Shown here: piece by piece, positions 18,837-28,309 of the stretch
How positions within the stretch are numbered: the first letter of the stretch is position 1
Layout: each line of letters opens with the position of its first letter
NCBI GenBank assembly: GCA_963695545.1
Contig: OY968796.1
Span: forward strand, 1,792,001-1,856,000
DNA: 64,000 nucleotides
Source of the DNA: Terriglobia bacterium
Lineage (GTDB): Bacteria; Acidobacteriota; Terriglobia; Acidiferrales; UBA7541
Direction: 5' to 3'
Translations under genes and position numbers: made by a program
Notes under the pieces: model-generated
Database searches by the model: none
Told to the model about the DNA's origin: nothing
The model's input: only the letters and a program-made list of their open reading frames with translations

Positions 18837-19182
18837 TTCGAATACTAATATACTAATTGACATATGCGTTCACAAATGCTATGCTTCTTCATGTTCGCCG
18901 GCATCCAATTCGAATTGCCCACCACCCCCGCTTTCCCCCGCCGGATCCCTGCGTCCACTCCCCCCGCTTTTGTCGGCCCGACGTGCAATCTGTGCATCCA
19001 TTTCGCCCCAGCAACTCCTTTACTTTCAGCCTCATACGCACTCCTCCAAAAGAGTGCGCATCTCATTGAAAACAATCATCATCAAGTCCCTTTGCGCTCA
19101 CACTCATCCGCACTCTTTCGCTGTACGTCCTTTAGTTTGAGCACTTTGACAAAAACATACCGGGGTGTATATAGGGCCCTTC
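18837..19182 (+). repeat. Dispersed ~340-bp element, copy 1
   Basis: Aligns with 42886-43220: TTCGAATACT, TTGACA, RTGTTCGCCG..A.CCAATTCGAAT, CGCACTC...CAAAAGAGTGCGCA, TCACACTCATCCGCACTCTT and AAAACATACC(C)GGGGTRTATATAGG. Confidence 0.9.
18857..18885 (+). promoter_or_regulatory. Sigma70-type promoter TTGACA-17-TATGCT (dispersed element, copy 1)
   Basis: Perfect -35 box, 17-nt spacer, extended -10 (TGcTATGCT), AT-rich upstream; ATG at 18891, 5 nt after the -10. Confidence 0.75.
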
Positions 19183-19190
19183 GCTCTTTT

Positions 19191-19213
19191 GTAGCGGAGG
19201 CCTTCAGGCCTCC
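19191..19213 (+). repeat. GTAG-type REP-like palindrome
   Basis: GTAGC-GGAGGCC-TTCA-GGCCTCC. Confidence 0.55.
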
Positions 19214-19337
19214 AGCCTTTTCTTGCGGCGTCCGCCAAAGCCCCAGCTACGTCGCCCTCAGGCCGGAAGTCGGAGTCTCCTTCGGAATGCCGGAGGCTTT
19301 CCAAGTTTTCCGGCGGCGCACGTGCAACCCGTCGTCT

Positions 19338-19685
19338 TTATTCTTCCGCGGGAGGACGATAGAAGAACAACGCCAGCAGACACCCGCCCGCCACCGCCAT
19401 CAACAAGAAAAACACGGTCGCCAGCACGACGCCCACGATCGTGCCGGAAATCCCGCGCGCGCCCGACAAGTGGCCCAGCAAAAGACCGCACCCGAAACCA
19501 AGTATGGCGATCCCGCCGAAGCCTGGAAGGTGGAATTTCCCGCGAGACGCCGCCCAGGGGATATACGCCAGGAGAAACACGCACACCACGGCCAGCGGCA
19601 GCACTACAGGCATCCTCACTCGACGGATCACCAGAGCAGCCAACGCGGGCAGTTGCCGGAGCGCGATCTCGGCGTCAAAGGGCAT
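19338..19685 (-). CDS. Small hypothetical membrane protein (~115 aa, 3-4 TM)
   Basis: Strongly hydrophobic segments and a charged C-terminus; start uncertain (ATG 19685 or GTG 19700). Confidence 0.6.
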   Translation of the reverse strand: MPFDAEIALRQLPALAALVIRRVRMPVVLPLAVVCVFLLAYIPWAASRGKFHLPGFGGIAILGFGCGLLLGHLSGARGISGTIVGVVLATVFFLLMAVAGGCLLALFFYRPPAEE

Positions 19686-19892
19686 GCCGATTGCACTCAC
19701 GCATGTTGGGTTCCCAAGCGCGTCATGAATCCGCCGCGCTCTACTTGCTCCCGTCCCGCGCGGCGGCACCTGCAACTGGCCATAAGTTGCTCTTGTGCAC
19801 TCACTTGGAGACGCATGGGGATTCTTTCGCGTAAGCGAATGTGGACACGGCGTAGTGGTGCGCGCACAAGAGTGCACTCAAACCAGGCGCTG

Positions 19893-19912
19893 GTGTCACC
19901 GATTGAGAACAC
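19893..19912. promoter_or_regulatory. GTGT-N12-ACAC candidate activator site
   Basis: GTGTCACCGATTGAGAACAC; 15/20 identical to 33895-33914. Confidence 0.55.
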
Positions 19913-19979
19913 TGGTGATGAATTCGCCTCGGACGCGAATCGGGCCGTCGCGATGAGTCGAGCGCAAGAGGAAATGGCG

Positions 19980-20438
19980 ATGAAACGCAAAAAAGAAGCC
20001 GGCCAAGCTCTCGTGCTCGTGGCGATTGCGCTGCTCCTCGTTCTCCTTCCGATCATGGGCCTCGGGATCGACTTCGGATATTTCCGATACCAGGAAGTGC
20101 AGTTGCAAACTGCCGCCGACGCCGCGGCCATCGCGGCGGCTGGCGAGCTCTCCTATTCGATTTCGTGCTCCTGCAACGCTTTGCAAACCGCGGGTCAGAA
20201 CGCCGCCGCGGCCAACGGCTTCACCAACACTGCGAACGGCGCGACGGTCGCGGTGAACAATCCGCCGCAATCTCCGCAGGATCCCAACAGCGGCAACGCA
20301 AATTACGTCGAGGTGGTCGTCACGCAGGATGAGCCCACATTTTTTGGAAAGGTACTTGGGATCAACTCCGTAACGCAGTCGGCGCGCGCCGTAGCGATTC
20401 AATCGAGCCAGACCGGCGCCGGCGTACTCGTGGAATGA
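19980..20438 (+). CDS. tadG: TadG-like minor pilin (short, no vWA domain)
   Basis: KKEAG|QALVLVA leader, LGIDFG, LQTAADAAAIAAA and VNNPP...YVEVVV...PTFF motifs; AGAGGA RBS. Confidence 0.85.
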   Translation: MKRKKEAGQALVLVAIALLLVLLPIMGLGIDFGYFRYQEVQLQTAADAAAIAAAGELSYSISCSCNALQTAGQNAAAANGFTNTANGATVAVNNPPQSPQDPNSGNANYVEVVVTQDEPTFFGKVLGINSVTQSARAVAIQSSQTGAGVLVE

Positions 20439-20995
20439 TTATGAAAACAGATTCGCAGATTTGCGAAGCGCGCCGCCGCGAGACGCGGTCGGCGCGCGCG
20501 TCCAGGTTCGCCCGCCGGAATCCCGTGCGCGGAGTCAGCACGCTCGAAGTGACGCTGATGCTGCCCTTCTTGCTTCTGCTTCTGATCGGCGTCGTGGATT
20601 TCGGCCAGCTTTTTCATCTCGCCATCGAAGTTTCAAATGCCGCGCGCGCCGGCGCGCAATACGGCTATCAAAATTCCGCCACCCAGGCGGACACCGCCGG
20701 AATGGTCGCCGCGGCACAGGACGATGCTTCCGACGTCACCACCTGGGGCACAAATGTCGCCACCTACGGATGCATGTGCTCGGATGGAACCTCCCAAAGC
20801 CAGATCGGCTCCTCGAGCTCCAGTTCGACGACGCTTTGCGCCACTCCGCCTTCTTCGTGTACATCGAAGGGAACGCAGCTGATCAACTACGTTCAGGTAC
20901 AGACGCAAGCCACTTACACGCCATTTTTTCCGTGGCCCGGCGCCCCTTCTTCCATCACGCTGAATGGGCAGGCCATGTATTGGGCGGCGCAGTAG
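20435..20995 (+). CDS. tadE: TadE-like pseudopilin
   Basis: RG|VSTLEVTLMLP...DFG...NAARAGAQY; Cys-containing C-terminal part. Confidence 0.88.
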   Translation: MIMKTDSQICEARRRETRSARASRFARRNPVRGVSTLEVTLMLPFLLLLLIGVVDFGQLFHLAIEVSNAARAGAQYGYQNSATQADTAGMVAAAQDDASDVTTWGTNVATYGCMCSDGTSQSQIGSSSSSSTTLCATPPSSCTSKGTQLINYVQVQTQATYTPFFPWPGAPSSITLNGQAMYWAAQ

Positions 20996-21575
20996 ACTTC
21001 AAGAAAGGGCGGAGACTAAATTGCAGGCTGCGGGTCAAGCGCCGATCCAATCGACGCGCCGAAATCACGAGCGAACCCTGCGCGAACACGGCAGCGCGCT
21101 TGTGGAATTCGCGCTGGTCACCGTGTTCGTTCTTTTTCCCTTGATTTTCGGCATCTTCGATTTCGCGCGGGCGGCGTACGCCTATCACTTCGTTTCCTTC
21201 GCCGCGCGCGAAGCCACGCGTTGGTCCAGCGTGCGCGGCGCGCAGTGCGCGAATTCTTTGCCCGCGCCGTGCCAGGCCACATCCGGCGCGGGCGGCAGCG
21301 TTGATACCTACGTGCGGAGCGTTCTGACCACTGGCCTCAATGTAGACACGAACTCGTGCTCAGCCACGCCCGGCTGTCTCGTCGTTACCACGAGCTGGCC
21401 TGGCGCGCCCGCGGGGATTAGTGCTCCATCTTCCTGCAGCGGCGGCGCTGGATCGAATTCTCCGGGATGTGCCGTGAGTGTCGAAATTCAATACACGTTT
21501 GGATTTGATCTTCCGTTTCTTCCGCAGGCCGTCATAAATATGTCCAGCACGTCTGAGACGGTGATATCCCAATAA
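20964..21575 (+). CDS. tadE: TadE-like pseudopilin
   Basis: HG|SALVEFAL...IFDFAR...AAREATRW; six Cys in the mature region; true start may be downstream (e.g. TTG 21021). Confidence 0.87.
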   Translation: MGRPCIGRRSRLQERAETKLQAAGQAPIQSTRRNHERTLREHGSALVEFALVTVFVLFPLIFGIFDFARAAYAYHFVSFAAREATRWSSVRGAQCANSLPAPCQATSGAGGSVDTYVRSVLTTGLNVDTNSCSATPGCLVVTTSWPGAPAGISAPSSCSGGAGSNSPGCAVSVEIQYTFGFDLPFLPQAVINMSSTSETVISQ

Positions 21576-21586
21576 TGCGCTCGCTT

Positions 21587-21982
21587 CTAGCGATTCAGCG
21601 TGGCGATTTCGAGGCGGTCTCCAACCTGCGTCCTCGAGCGATACAGAGTGTGCGGCGGGAGCTCAAGCACGCTCGACGCCTTGAAGGAAACTTTGGAAAT
21701 CCGGAACGGGCGCAGGTATTCCTCCACGCCCACCACCTCATTGTTTTTTCCAAGAAAGATCAGATCGATCGGGAACAGCATTCCGATGGTGTGCACGCCT
21801 CGGGACGGCTTGATCCACAGGCCGGCCCCGAGGCGCGCCCAGCTGCGTGTTTTTCCAAGCAAACCGATAAGCCGGCGGAGATAACTGTCCGCGAGTGTCG
21901 CTTCGGTGGCGACGAACGTCTCTCGCGTGTTGTTGTACACGTAGAGGGCGTTCCGTCGACGAGTTTTGTTTGGGCCGGTCAC
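21587..21982 (-). CDS. DUF192-domain protein
   Basis: ADSYLRRLIGLLG, GLWIKP, VHTIGMLFPIDLIFL and VLELP motifs. Confidence 0.9.
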   Translation of the reverse strand: MTGPNKTRRRNALYVYNNTRETFVATEATLADSYLRRLIGLLGKTRSWARLGAGLWIKPSRGVHTIGMLFPIDLIFLGKNNEVVGVEEYLRPFRISKVSFKASSVLELPPHTLYRSRTQVGDRLEIATLNR

Positions 21983-22019
21983 GTGACTGCCGAGCGCAAA
22001 GTTCGCTCGACTCCACTTG

Positions 22020-22118
22020 TTAGTCCGTAGTCTTTTTGCTGCGGCGGTAGATGATGATTCCCAGCACGACCAATGCCCCCGCAGCGGCCGCGATCCGAAT
22101 CAAAGTTACGGTATCCAT
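22020..22118 (-). CDS. 32-aa single-TM small protein (MDTVTLIRIAAAAGALVVLGIIIYRRSKKTTD)
   Basis: AAGGAG RBS 8 nt upstream of the ATG; one hydrophobic helix plus basic tail; co-oriented within the tad operon; absent from the ORF track. Confidence 0.7.
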   Translation of the reverse strand: MDTVTLIRIAAAAGALVVLGIIIYRRSKKTTD

Positions 22119-22190
22119 TTTTCTTGCTCCTTTGCGTTTTGATTTTGGCCCTCTCGCGCGAATCGCTCGCGCGAGAAACTTCTTCTTGCT

Positions 22191-23114
22191 TCACCTCAAA
22201 GCCGGAAGCAGCTGCCGCACCAAACCGATGATTGCCGGACCCAGCACGACGACCATCAGCGCTGGGAAAATGAACAGAACCAGCGGCGCGACCATTTTCA
22301 CGCTGGTCTTCGCGCTTCGCTCTTCCGCGCGCTGCCGCCTTTTTGTGCGCAGTTCGTCGGAATGCACGCGCAACGATTGCGCGATGCTGGTTCCGAAACG
22401 CTCCGTCTGGATCAGCATGGCGACCAGCGTACGAATGTCGTCGAGGTTTGTGCGGCGCGCGAGTTCGCGCAGCGCGTCGATGCGCGTTTTTCCCACACGC
22501 ATTTCGAGGTTCACGATCTGCAATTCTTCGCTCAATTCCGGATGCACCACGCGCAATTCCTGCGCCACTCGCAAGAGCGCCTGGTCGAGGCCCAGTCCGA
22601 CCTCCACGCAAATCACCAGCAAATCCAAGCCGTCCGGCAACGCCAGCCGAAGGCGCTTTCGACGCACCTTTCCGCGCCACTGCACCCACGTTTCCGGAAG
22701 CGCGATGCCCGCGCCCGCGGCGAGCAACAGAATCAAAACGGGCGCGTACCGATACACTCCGGTGAGCAACACGATCGCGAGGAACAAAATTGGGAGCGCA
22801 ACTTTGACGCCCCGAACTACCGACCGAGCGTCCGCGTTGCGATATCCAGCGCGAATCATGGTGAGCTGCGCGCGCAACGCTTTTCGCTCGCCCGCGGCGG
22901 GCAGAAGATGGCCGAGTGAAACCAGGGCGCCGCGCGCGCGTTGTTTCTGTTTTTCCGCGAAGCGTACGCGCTCGACGAGAATGGGCGTGTCGCGCAAGCG
23001 AGAAAGGCGCCGCGCGATACCCGATTCCTCCGCGCCCAGCGCGTATATCACGGCCGCCACCGCCGTGAGGGTGATGACGAACGTCGCGACGCTTAGGACC
23101 CAAGCCATGTTCAT
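22191..23114 (-). CDS. tadC: Tad inner-membrane platform protein TadC
   Basis: LPDGLDLLVICVEVGLGLDQAL, QTERFGTSIA and PLVLFIFPA motifs. Confidence 0.93.
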   Translation of the reverse strand: MNMAWVLSVATFVITLTAVAAVIYALGAEESGIARRLSRLRDTPILVERVRFAEKQKQRARGALVSLGHLLPAAGERKALRAQLTMIRAGYRNADARSVVRGVKVALPILFLAIVLLTGVYRYAPVLILLLAAGAGIALPETWVQWRGKVRRKRLRLALPDGLDLLVICVEVGLGLDQALLRVAQELRVVHPELSEELQIVNLEMRVGKTRIDALRELARRTNLDDIRTLVAMLIQTERFGTSIAQSLRVHSDELRTKRRQRAEERSAKTSVKMVAPLVLFIFPALMVVVLGPAIIGLVRQLLPALR

Positions 23115-23124
23115 CGCTCCAACT

Positions 23125-24093
23125 TCAAACTTCGATATGCACAATCTTCCAAAGAAGAAGCGAGCCCAGAAACTGAAGCGTCGCGGCCGCGCCCAGCGCG
23201 AGCTTCCCCCACGGATCGGTGAAGAGCACGTTCACGTATACCGGGTTGACGATTTCCAATCCGACGAGCATCGCGAGCGGCATGGCGATCAGAATCATCG
23301 CCGTCAAGCGCCCCTGGGCGGATTTCACCTGCACCTCGCGATGAATGCGGAAGCGATCGCGGATCAAGCGCGCGAGATCATCGAGAATTTCCGCCAGATT
23401 TCCGCCGGTCTCTTTTTGTACCAGCAGGGCCGTTACGAAAAAACGCACGTCGACCAGCGGAACGCGGTCGGTCATATTGATCAGAGCGTCGCGCATCGGA
23501 AGTCCGAAATTGCGCTCCTCGAATGTTTTGCGGAACTCGCCGGCGAGCAACTCTGGCGATTCCTTCGCGATCATTTCAAGGCCCGTGGTGAACGCGTGAC
23601 CTGCGCGCACCGCGCGGCTCAGCAGGTCCAGCGCTTCGGGGAACATTTCCTCGAATTGCCGCAGCCGCTTGCGGCGCTTGAGCGCGACGATACCGATCGG
23701 AATCGCGGCAGCGAAGAAGCCGACGACGACACCAAAAAAATTCATGTGGAAAAACAGAGAGGCGATGACGTACGCGCCCAGGCCGAGCACGCCGCTCCAG
23801 AGGAGAATTTTCGCGGGCTTGGTTGACATCCCGGCTTGCGCGATGAAATCGCGGAGCCGGCTGCTCCAGGAGACGCGCATCAATACGCGATGCAACAGGG
23901 GAACACTGCTGTACATTTCGTCGCGAACCAGCGCCAAATCCTCGTTGATCGGGCCGCGCTCTTCGGCCTTGCGGACTGCCTCCATCCGCTGGCGAATCAC
24001 TTCGTGCCGCGAGTTTCTTCCGACCGAGATCCAGACGGCGAGAAAAACTGCGGTGGCGATCAAGAATGTAATGATGGCGACGAGAAGCGCCAT
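23125..24093 (-). CDS. tadB: Tad inner-membrane platform protein TadB
   Basis: FPEALDLLSRAVRAGHAF, QKETGGNLAEILD and SAQGR motifs; AAGGAG RBS. Confidence 0.93.
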   Translation of the reverse strand: MALLVAIITFLIATAVFLAVWISVGRNSRHEVIRQRMEAVRKAEERGPINEDLALVRDEMYSSVPLLHRVLMRVSWSSRLRDFIAQAGMSTKPAKILLWSGVLGLGAYVIASLFFHMNFFGVVVGFFAAAIPIGIVALKRRKRLRQFEEMFPEALDLLSRAVRAGHAFTTGLEMIAKESPELLAGEFRKTFEERNFGLPMRDALINMTDRVPLVDVRFFVTALLVQKETGGNLAEILDDLARLIRDRFRIHREVQVKSAQGRLTAMILIAMPLAMLVGLEIVNPVYVNVLFTDPWGKLALGAAATLQFLGSLLLWKIVHIEV

Positions 24094-24181
24094 GACGCAC
24101 TCCTTTCGGACGATGCGGCGAGCGGCCGTTGAAGCGCCAACTTCGACACGACCGCGAACGCTGTGAGTGCACTGATCACAA

Positions 24182-25486
24182 TCACTCCGCGCCCGGCGGC
24201 GCAAACGTGAACATGGACACGGGTAGATGAATGCCGGCCACCGCCAAGCGCTCCGCAAAACGAGGGCGAACACCCGAAGGCATGAATTCGCCGATCACAT
24301 CTCCGTTGTCGCGAATGCCGCGCTTGCGGAAGACGAAAATGTCCTGCATGGTGACCACGTCGCCTTCGATGCCGGTGACTTCCGAAATATTGATGACCTT
24401 GCGCGTGCCATCGCTCAGCCGGCTGACCTGAATCACGACGTCGAGTGCGGACGCGATCTGTCTGCGTATCGCGATGTCCGGAATATTGAAGCTGGCCATG
24501 GCGATCATGGTTTCAAGGCGCGCCAGCGCGTCGCGTGGAGAATTGGCGTGAATGGTGGTGAGCGAGCCGTCGTGTCCCGTATTCATAGCCTGCAACATGT
24601 CGAGCGCTTCTTCGCCGCGCACTTCGCCGACGATGATGCGATCGGGGCGCATGCGCAGAGAATTGATCACCAGTTCGCGCTGCAGCACGGCGCCCTTGCC
24701 TTCGATATTCGGCGAACGCGTTTCCAAGCGCACCACGTGCTCTTGATGAAGCTGGAGCTCCGCGGCGTCTTCGATGGTCACGATGCGCTCGCGGCCGGAG
24801 ATGTAGGACGACAACACGTTGAGAAATGTGGTTTTCCCGGCGCCGGTGCCGCCGGAAATCAGAACATTGAGGCGCGCGGTGACACAGCCCGACAACATCT
24901 CGAGCATCGGCGCCGTCAGTGAGTTGTTGAGGACAAGATCTTCGGCCATGAGGCGATCGCGACCGAATCGCCGGATCGAAAGGCACGGTCCATCGACGGC
25001 CAGCGGCGGAATGATGGCGTTGACGCGCGAGCCATCTGCGAGCCGCGCATCCACCATCGGCGAAGATTCGTCCACGCGCCGGCCGATCGCAGAAACGATG
25101 CGGTCGATGATGGTCATCAGATGGGCGTCGTCGCGAAACTGCACGGGCGTTTCCTCGAGAATTCCGCGCCGCTCGACGTAAACGCGCTTGTAGGTGTTCA
25201 CTAGAATGTCGGAGACCGTGGGATCGTTCAGAAGCGGCTCAAGTGGGCCGAGACCGAACACTTCGTCGAGAACTTCCGAAGACAGGCGCTCGCGCTCTTC
25301 AAACGTCATGGGCATCGATTCGCCCACCACGAGATTTTCGAGGATCTGAGTCATTTCGCGCCGCACATCATCGCGCCTGATTTCGCTGAGACGATCCAAA
25401 TTCAATTTCTGGATCAGCTTGCGGTGAATCGCGGTTTTCACCGCGTTGAAGTCGATGCGTGGCGTAGAAAGTGGAGATGTGGACAT
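24182..25486 (-). CDS. tadA: Tad assembly ATPase CpaF/TadA
   Basis: [42 protein letters not shown] and AMNTGHDGS motifs. Confidence 0.97.
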   Translation of the reverse strand: MSTSPLSTPRIDFNAVKTAIHRKLIQKLNLDRLSEIRRDDVRREMTQILENLVVGESMPMTFEERERLSSEVLDEVFGLGPLEPLLNDPTVSDILVNTYKRVYVERRGILEETPVQFRDDAHLMTIIDRIVSAIGRRVDESSPMVDARLADGSRVNAIIPPLAVDGPCLSIRRFGRDRLMAEDLVLNNSLTAPMLEMLSGCVTARLNVLISGGTGAGKTTFLNVLSSYISGRERIVTIEDAAELQLHQEHVVRLETRSPNIEGKGAVLQRELVINSLRMRPDRIIVGEVRGEEALDMLQAMNTGHDGSLTTIHANSPRDALARLETMIAMASFNIPDIAIRRQIASALDVVIQVSRLSDGTRKVINISEVTGIEGDVVTMQDIFVFRKRGIRDNGDVIGEFMPSGVRPRFAERLAVAGIHLPVSMFTFAPPGAE

Positions 25487-25492
25487 CGTGGA

Positions 25493-26674
25493 TTACCTCT
25501 TGGCTCCGAACGCGAAAATGCCGCCCAGAGTGTTTCGCTTGGGGGCCGCGGCCGATTCAAGACCGACCAGACGCGACGCCAGCTCGCGGTAACGCGCGCC
25601 CAATACGCTGCTATGGCTTCCGTTGAGCGGCGTTCCATGATTGGTGGCCGTGCTGGCTCCGTCGAAATCGTTGGGCAAACACGCAAAGACCGGCAACTTG
25701 ATCTCGTTCTCGACGGACTTCAGAGTTTCTTCGTCACCCTTGTGCCAGCGGTTCAGGATGATGCGGATTCTCTCGGGCTCAATTCCGGAAGCCGCGAGGG
25801 CCTGGATGCGGCGCTCGAGGTTCCACAGCGATGGGACGTTGGCCTCCACTACGATCAGGATTGTTCGTGCGGACTGCAACACGACGTTCCATGCCGGCGA
25901 GAATTGCGGCCCCATATCCAAGACGGCGAGGTCAAAGCCCGCTTGCGCGACGTTGACCACGCGAAGGACGGACGCGACGGGAATGCTGTGCCAGTCTTCC
26001 GGGTGCAGCACCCCGGCCAAAAGCTCGAGCTTGGATTGGTGATGGGTTAGCAGACCGCCGAGGAGGTGCGTGTCGAGGCGATCGAGATTCTCGAAGGCGT
26101 CGCGTATGCCGAAGCGCGGCTTTAGATCGAGAAGCAGGTGAGCGTTGCCGAGCGGGCGCGCGAGATCGAGAAGCACGGTGTGTTTTTGCGCCACGGCGCA
26201 GAGATCGACGCCGAGATTGACGGCGACGGTGGTCGCGCCCACGCCGCCTTTCGAGCCCATCACCACGATCAGCTTTTCGCCGCCGCGCCGATCGAGCGGT
26301 TGTCCATCCAATTGAAGGCGAATCAAGATTTCGCGCAACGCTTCGGCGGACACGGGCTTGGATACAAAGTCCTGCACGCCGCTGCGCATGGCTTCGAGCA
26401 GAAGTTGTTGATTCGGCGCGGGCCCAGCTGAGCAGGCGACCAGGCGCGTGGTGGGCTGAATCCGCCGAAGATGTGCGCCGAATGCAAAATAAGGCTCCGG
26501 CTCGCGGCCGAGATCGAGAAGGACAATGTCGGGGACGGCTTCGCCGGCGTCGGGAAGCTGTTCGGCGGGGATGGCCCACTCCTTCACTGAACTCACCATG
26601 CCGGTCTGTTGCAAGCCGGCGAGGAGTTGTGCCGAACCGGATTTATCGCCGCTGGCAATTCCCGCCGTCAACAT
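25493..26674 (-). CDS. cpaE: CpaE/TadZ (receiver-like domain plus MinD/ParA-like ATPase)
   Basis: N-terminal REC-like domain (VLLDL, FVSKP) and deviant Walker A KGGVGATT. Confidence 0.9.
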   Translation of the reverse strand: MLTAGIASGDKSGSAQLLAGLQQTGMVSSVKEWAIPAEQLPDAGEAVPDIVLLDLGREPEPYFAFGAHLRRIQPTTRLVACSAGPAPNQQLLLEAMRSGVQDFVSKPVSAEALREILIRLQLDGQPLDRRGGEKLIVVMGSKGGVGATTVAVNLGVDLCAVAQKHTVLLDLARPLGNAHLLLDLKPRFGIRDAFENLDRLDTHLLGGLLTHHQSKLELLAGVLHPEDWHSIPVASVLRVVNVAQAGFDLAVLDMGPQFSPAWNVVLQSARTILIVVEANVPSLWNLERRIQALAASGIEPERIRIILNRWHKGDEETLKSVENEIKLPVFACLPNDFDGASTATNHGTPLNGSHSSVLGARYRELASRLVGLESAAAPKRNTLGGIFAFGAKR

Positions 26675-26740
26675 GGGTCCACCATCCTTGTCGATTTAGC
26701 CGGCGGCCGCATATTCAAGAACGAGAGCAAGTTCATCCTC

Positions 26741-28309
26741 CTAGTGCGGAGCGGGAGCATCAGAGTGCGGTACAGGCGCATCAGGCAACGCCGCGTTACT
26801 CGGCTTCGCAGGCGGAAGGAACGGTTCCGGGAACACGGGGCCCGGCGGCGGATTTCCACCCGCCAGGGGGTGCACGATTCTCGGCGTCACCACGATCAGC
26901 AATTCGTCGTCCGACTTCTGCACGGATTTGCTCTTGAAGAGATCGCCGAGGATCGGAACATCGCCGATGCCCGGAATCTTCGAGAACTCCTGCGTGACGC
27001 GGTTATCCATCAAGCCGGCGATAGCGAAACTTTGACCGTCGCGCAATTCCATTTCCGATTCCACGCGCCGCGTGGAAAGCGCCGGGATATTGAAACCGTC
27101 GATGGTCAGGGCATTCGAGAAGTCCAAAGCACTCACTTCGGGCGTGACTTTCAGGTGAATCAATCCATCGGGTGTGATCGTCGGAGTGAAATTCAGGCGC
27201 ATGCCGAATTCCTTGAATTGAATGGTGATTGTGGGGAAAGAGCTGCCGCCCGCGTTTTGCACCACGGGGAATGGAAATTCTCCGCCGGCCAGGAAGCTCG
27301 CGTCCTTGCCGGACTCGGTCAACAAATTCGGTTCTGCCAGAATCTGGAGGACATTGTTCGCTTGTAGAGCTTGAATCGTGGCGGCCAGATTGATGTCCTG
27401 GCGATAGATGAAGAGATTGAGAAGATCGCTCAGTCCGAATGAGCCGGCGCTGCCGGTCGTGGTGGTCGTGTTTCCGGTTGTGGATGTGGTCGTGGTGGAC
27501 GTGCCGTTGCCCAGCGTTCCCACCTGACCTTGAATCATCGCCGGTGAAAATTGCTGGGTGGAGATAGTGCCGACGTTCTTCGCGCCCGGCAGGCTGAGAA
27601 TATTGATTCCGAGCTGCTTGAGCGCGGTGCGATCGACTTCCGCGAACTTCACTTGGAGCAGAATTTCGCCAGTTTCGGGCGTGGGAACCTGCATCAAGCT
27701 TATGACTTTGTCTACGCTGGCCTTCACGACTTCCAGAATTTGTTCTTCGACCGCTTCGCTGGAAATTTTTCCCGAGACGATCACGGCGTCTTTCGCGGCT
27801 TCGATCTCGATGGACTCGCCGGGGAAAGCGTCGCGAAGTTCCTGGCGCAGGCTTGCGATGTCGATGTCCACGGACACGTCGAACTGGCGGCTGCGATCGA
27901 ATTCGTCCCACATCACAAGCGAGACGCTGCCGGGCGCCTTACCGTCGAGCATGACTTCGTACGGGCTGATGACTTCCGCTTCGGCGAGAGACGGATCGGC
28001 GAGGGAGACGCGCTTGATCCGCGCGGGCGAGGTGATAATCAGCGATTGGCCCACGAGCAGGTGCAAGGGCGAACCAACTGCGGTTGCGGTCTCGATGGCT
28101 CCACTCGGCGCAGGCGGAGGCGCCCCGGAGGCGGGCGCCAGACTCGACTGCGCTGTACCGGGAACCGACGCGGCCTGGGCGCGCGGCGCGCGCGGGCGAG
28201 CGGCTGCTCCTGCGCAGATGAGGATGAGGAATGCGACGGCGCAGGCGTGGACGACGAGCGCGAATTTGCGCGGCACCGAAATGTCGTCCTGGCGCTGTGT
28301 GCTACTCAT
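26741..28309 (-). CDS. cpaC: Tad secretin CpaC/RcpA
   Basis: ILLQVKFAEVDR, LAEPNL...ASFLAGGEFPFP, PEVSALD, IPGIGDVPILG.LF and LLIVVTP motifs. Confidence 0.95.
   Translation of the reverse strand: MSSTQRQDDISVPRKFALVVHACAVAFLILICAGAAARPRAPRAQAASVPGTAQSSLAPASGAPPPAPSGAIETATAVGSPLHLLVGQSLIITSPARIKRVSLADPSLAEAEVISPYEVMLDGKAPGSVSLVMWDEFDRSRQFDVSVDIDIASLRQELRDAFPGESIEIEAAKDAVIVSGKISSEAVEEQILEVVKASVDKVISLMQVPTPETGEILLQVKFAEVDRTALKQLGINILSLPGAKNVGTISTQQFSPAMIQGQVGTLGNGTSTTTTSTTGNTTTTTGSAGSFGLSDLLNLFIYRQDINLAATIQALQANNVLQILAEPNLLTESGKDASFLAGGEFPFPVVQNAGGSSFPTITIQFKEFGMRLNFTPTITPDGLIHLKVTPEVSALDFSNALTIDGFNIPALSTRRVESEMELRDGQSFAIAGLMDNRVTQEFSKIPGIGDVPILGDLFKSKSVQKSDDELLIVVTPRIVHPLAGGNPPPGPVFPEPFLPPAKPSNAALPDAPVPHSDAPAPH

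Noticed and set aside
19004..19182. Possible CRISPR array or tRNA in the repeated element
   Set aside because: Subunits are degenerate, partly inverted and lack unique spacers; no cas genes; no cloverleaf or T-loop motif.
19776..19791. CTGGC...TTGCT sigma54-like promoter upstream of tadG
   Set aside because: GG-to-GC spacing is 9 nt instead of the required 10.
18864..20438. 524-aa ORF as a single long TadG fusion
   Set aside because: Only the last 152 aa look like TadG, with their own RBS and prepilin leader. The middle is antisense to a membrane-protein gene, and the long frame follows from a 1-nt difference at the element end.
22051..23826. 591-aa plus-strand ORF
   Set aside because: Antisense shadow of tadC/tadB in high-GC DNA; no recognisable motifs.
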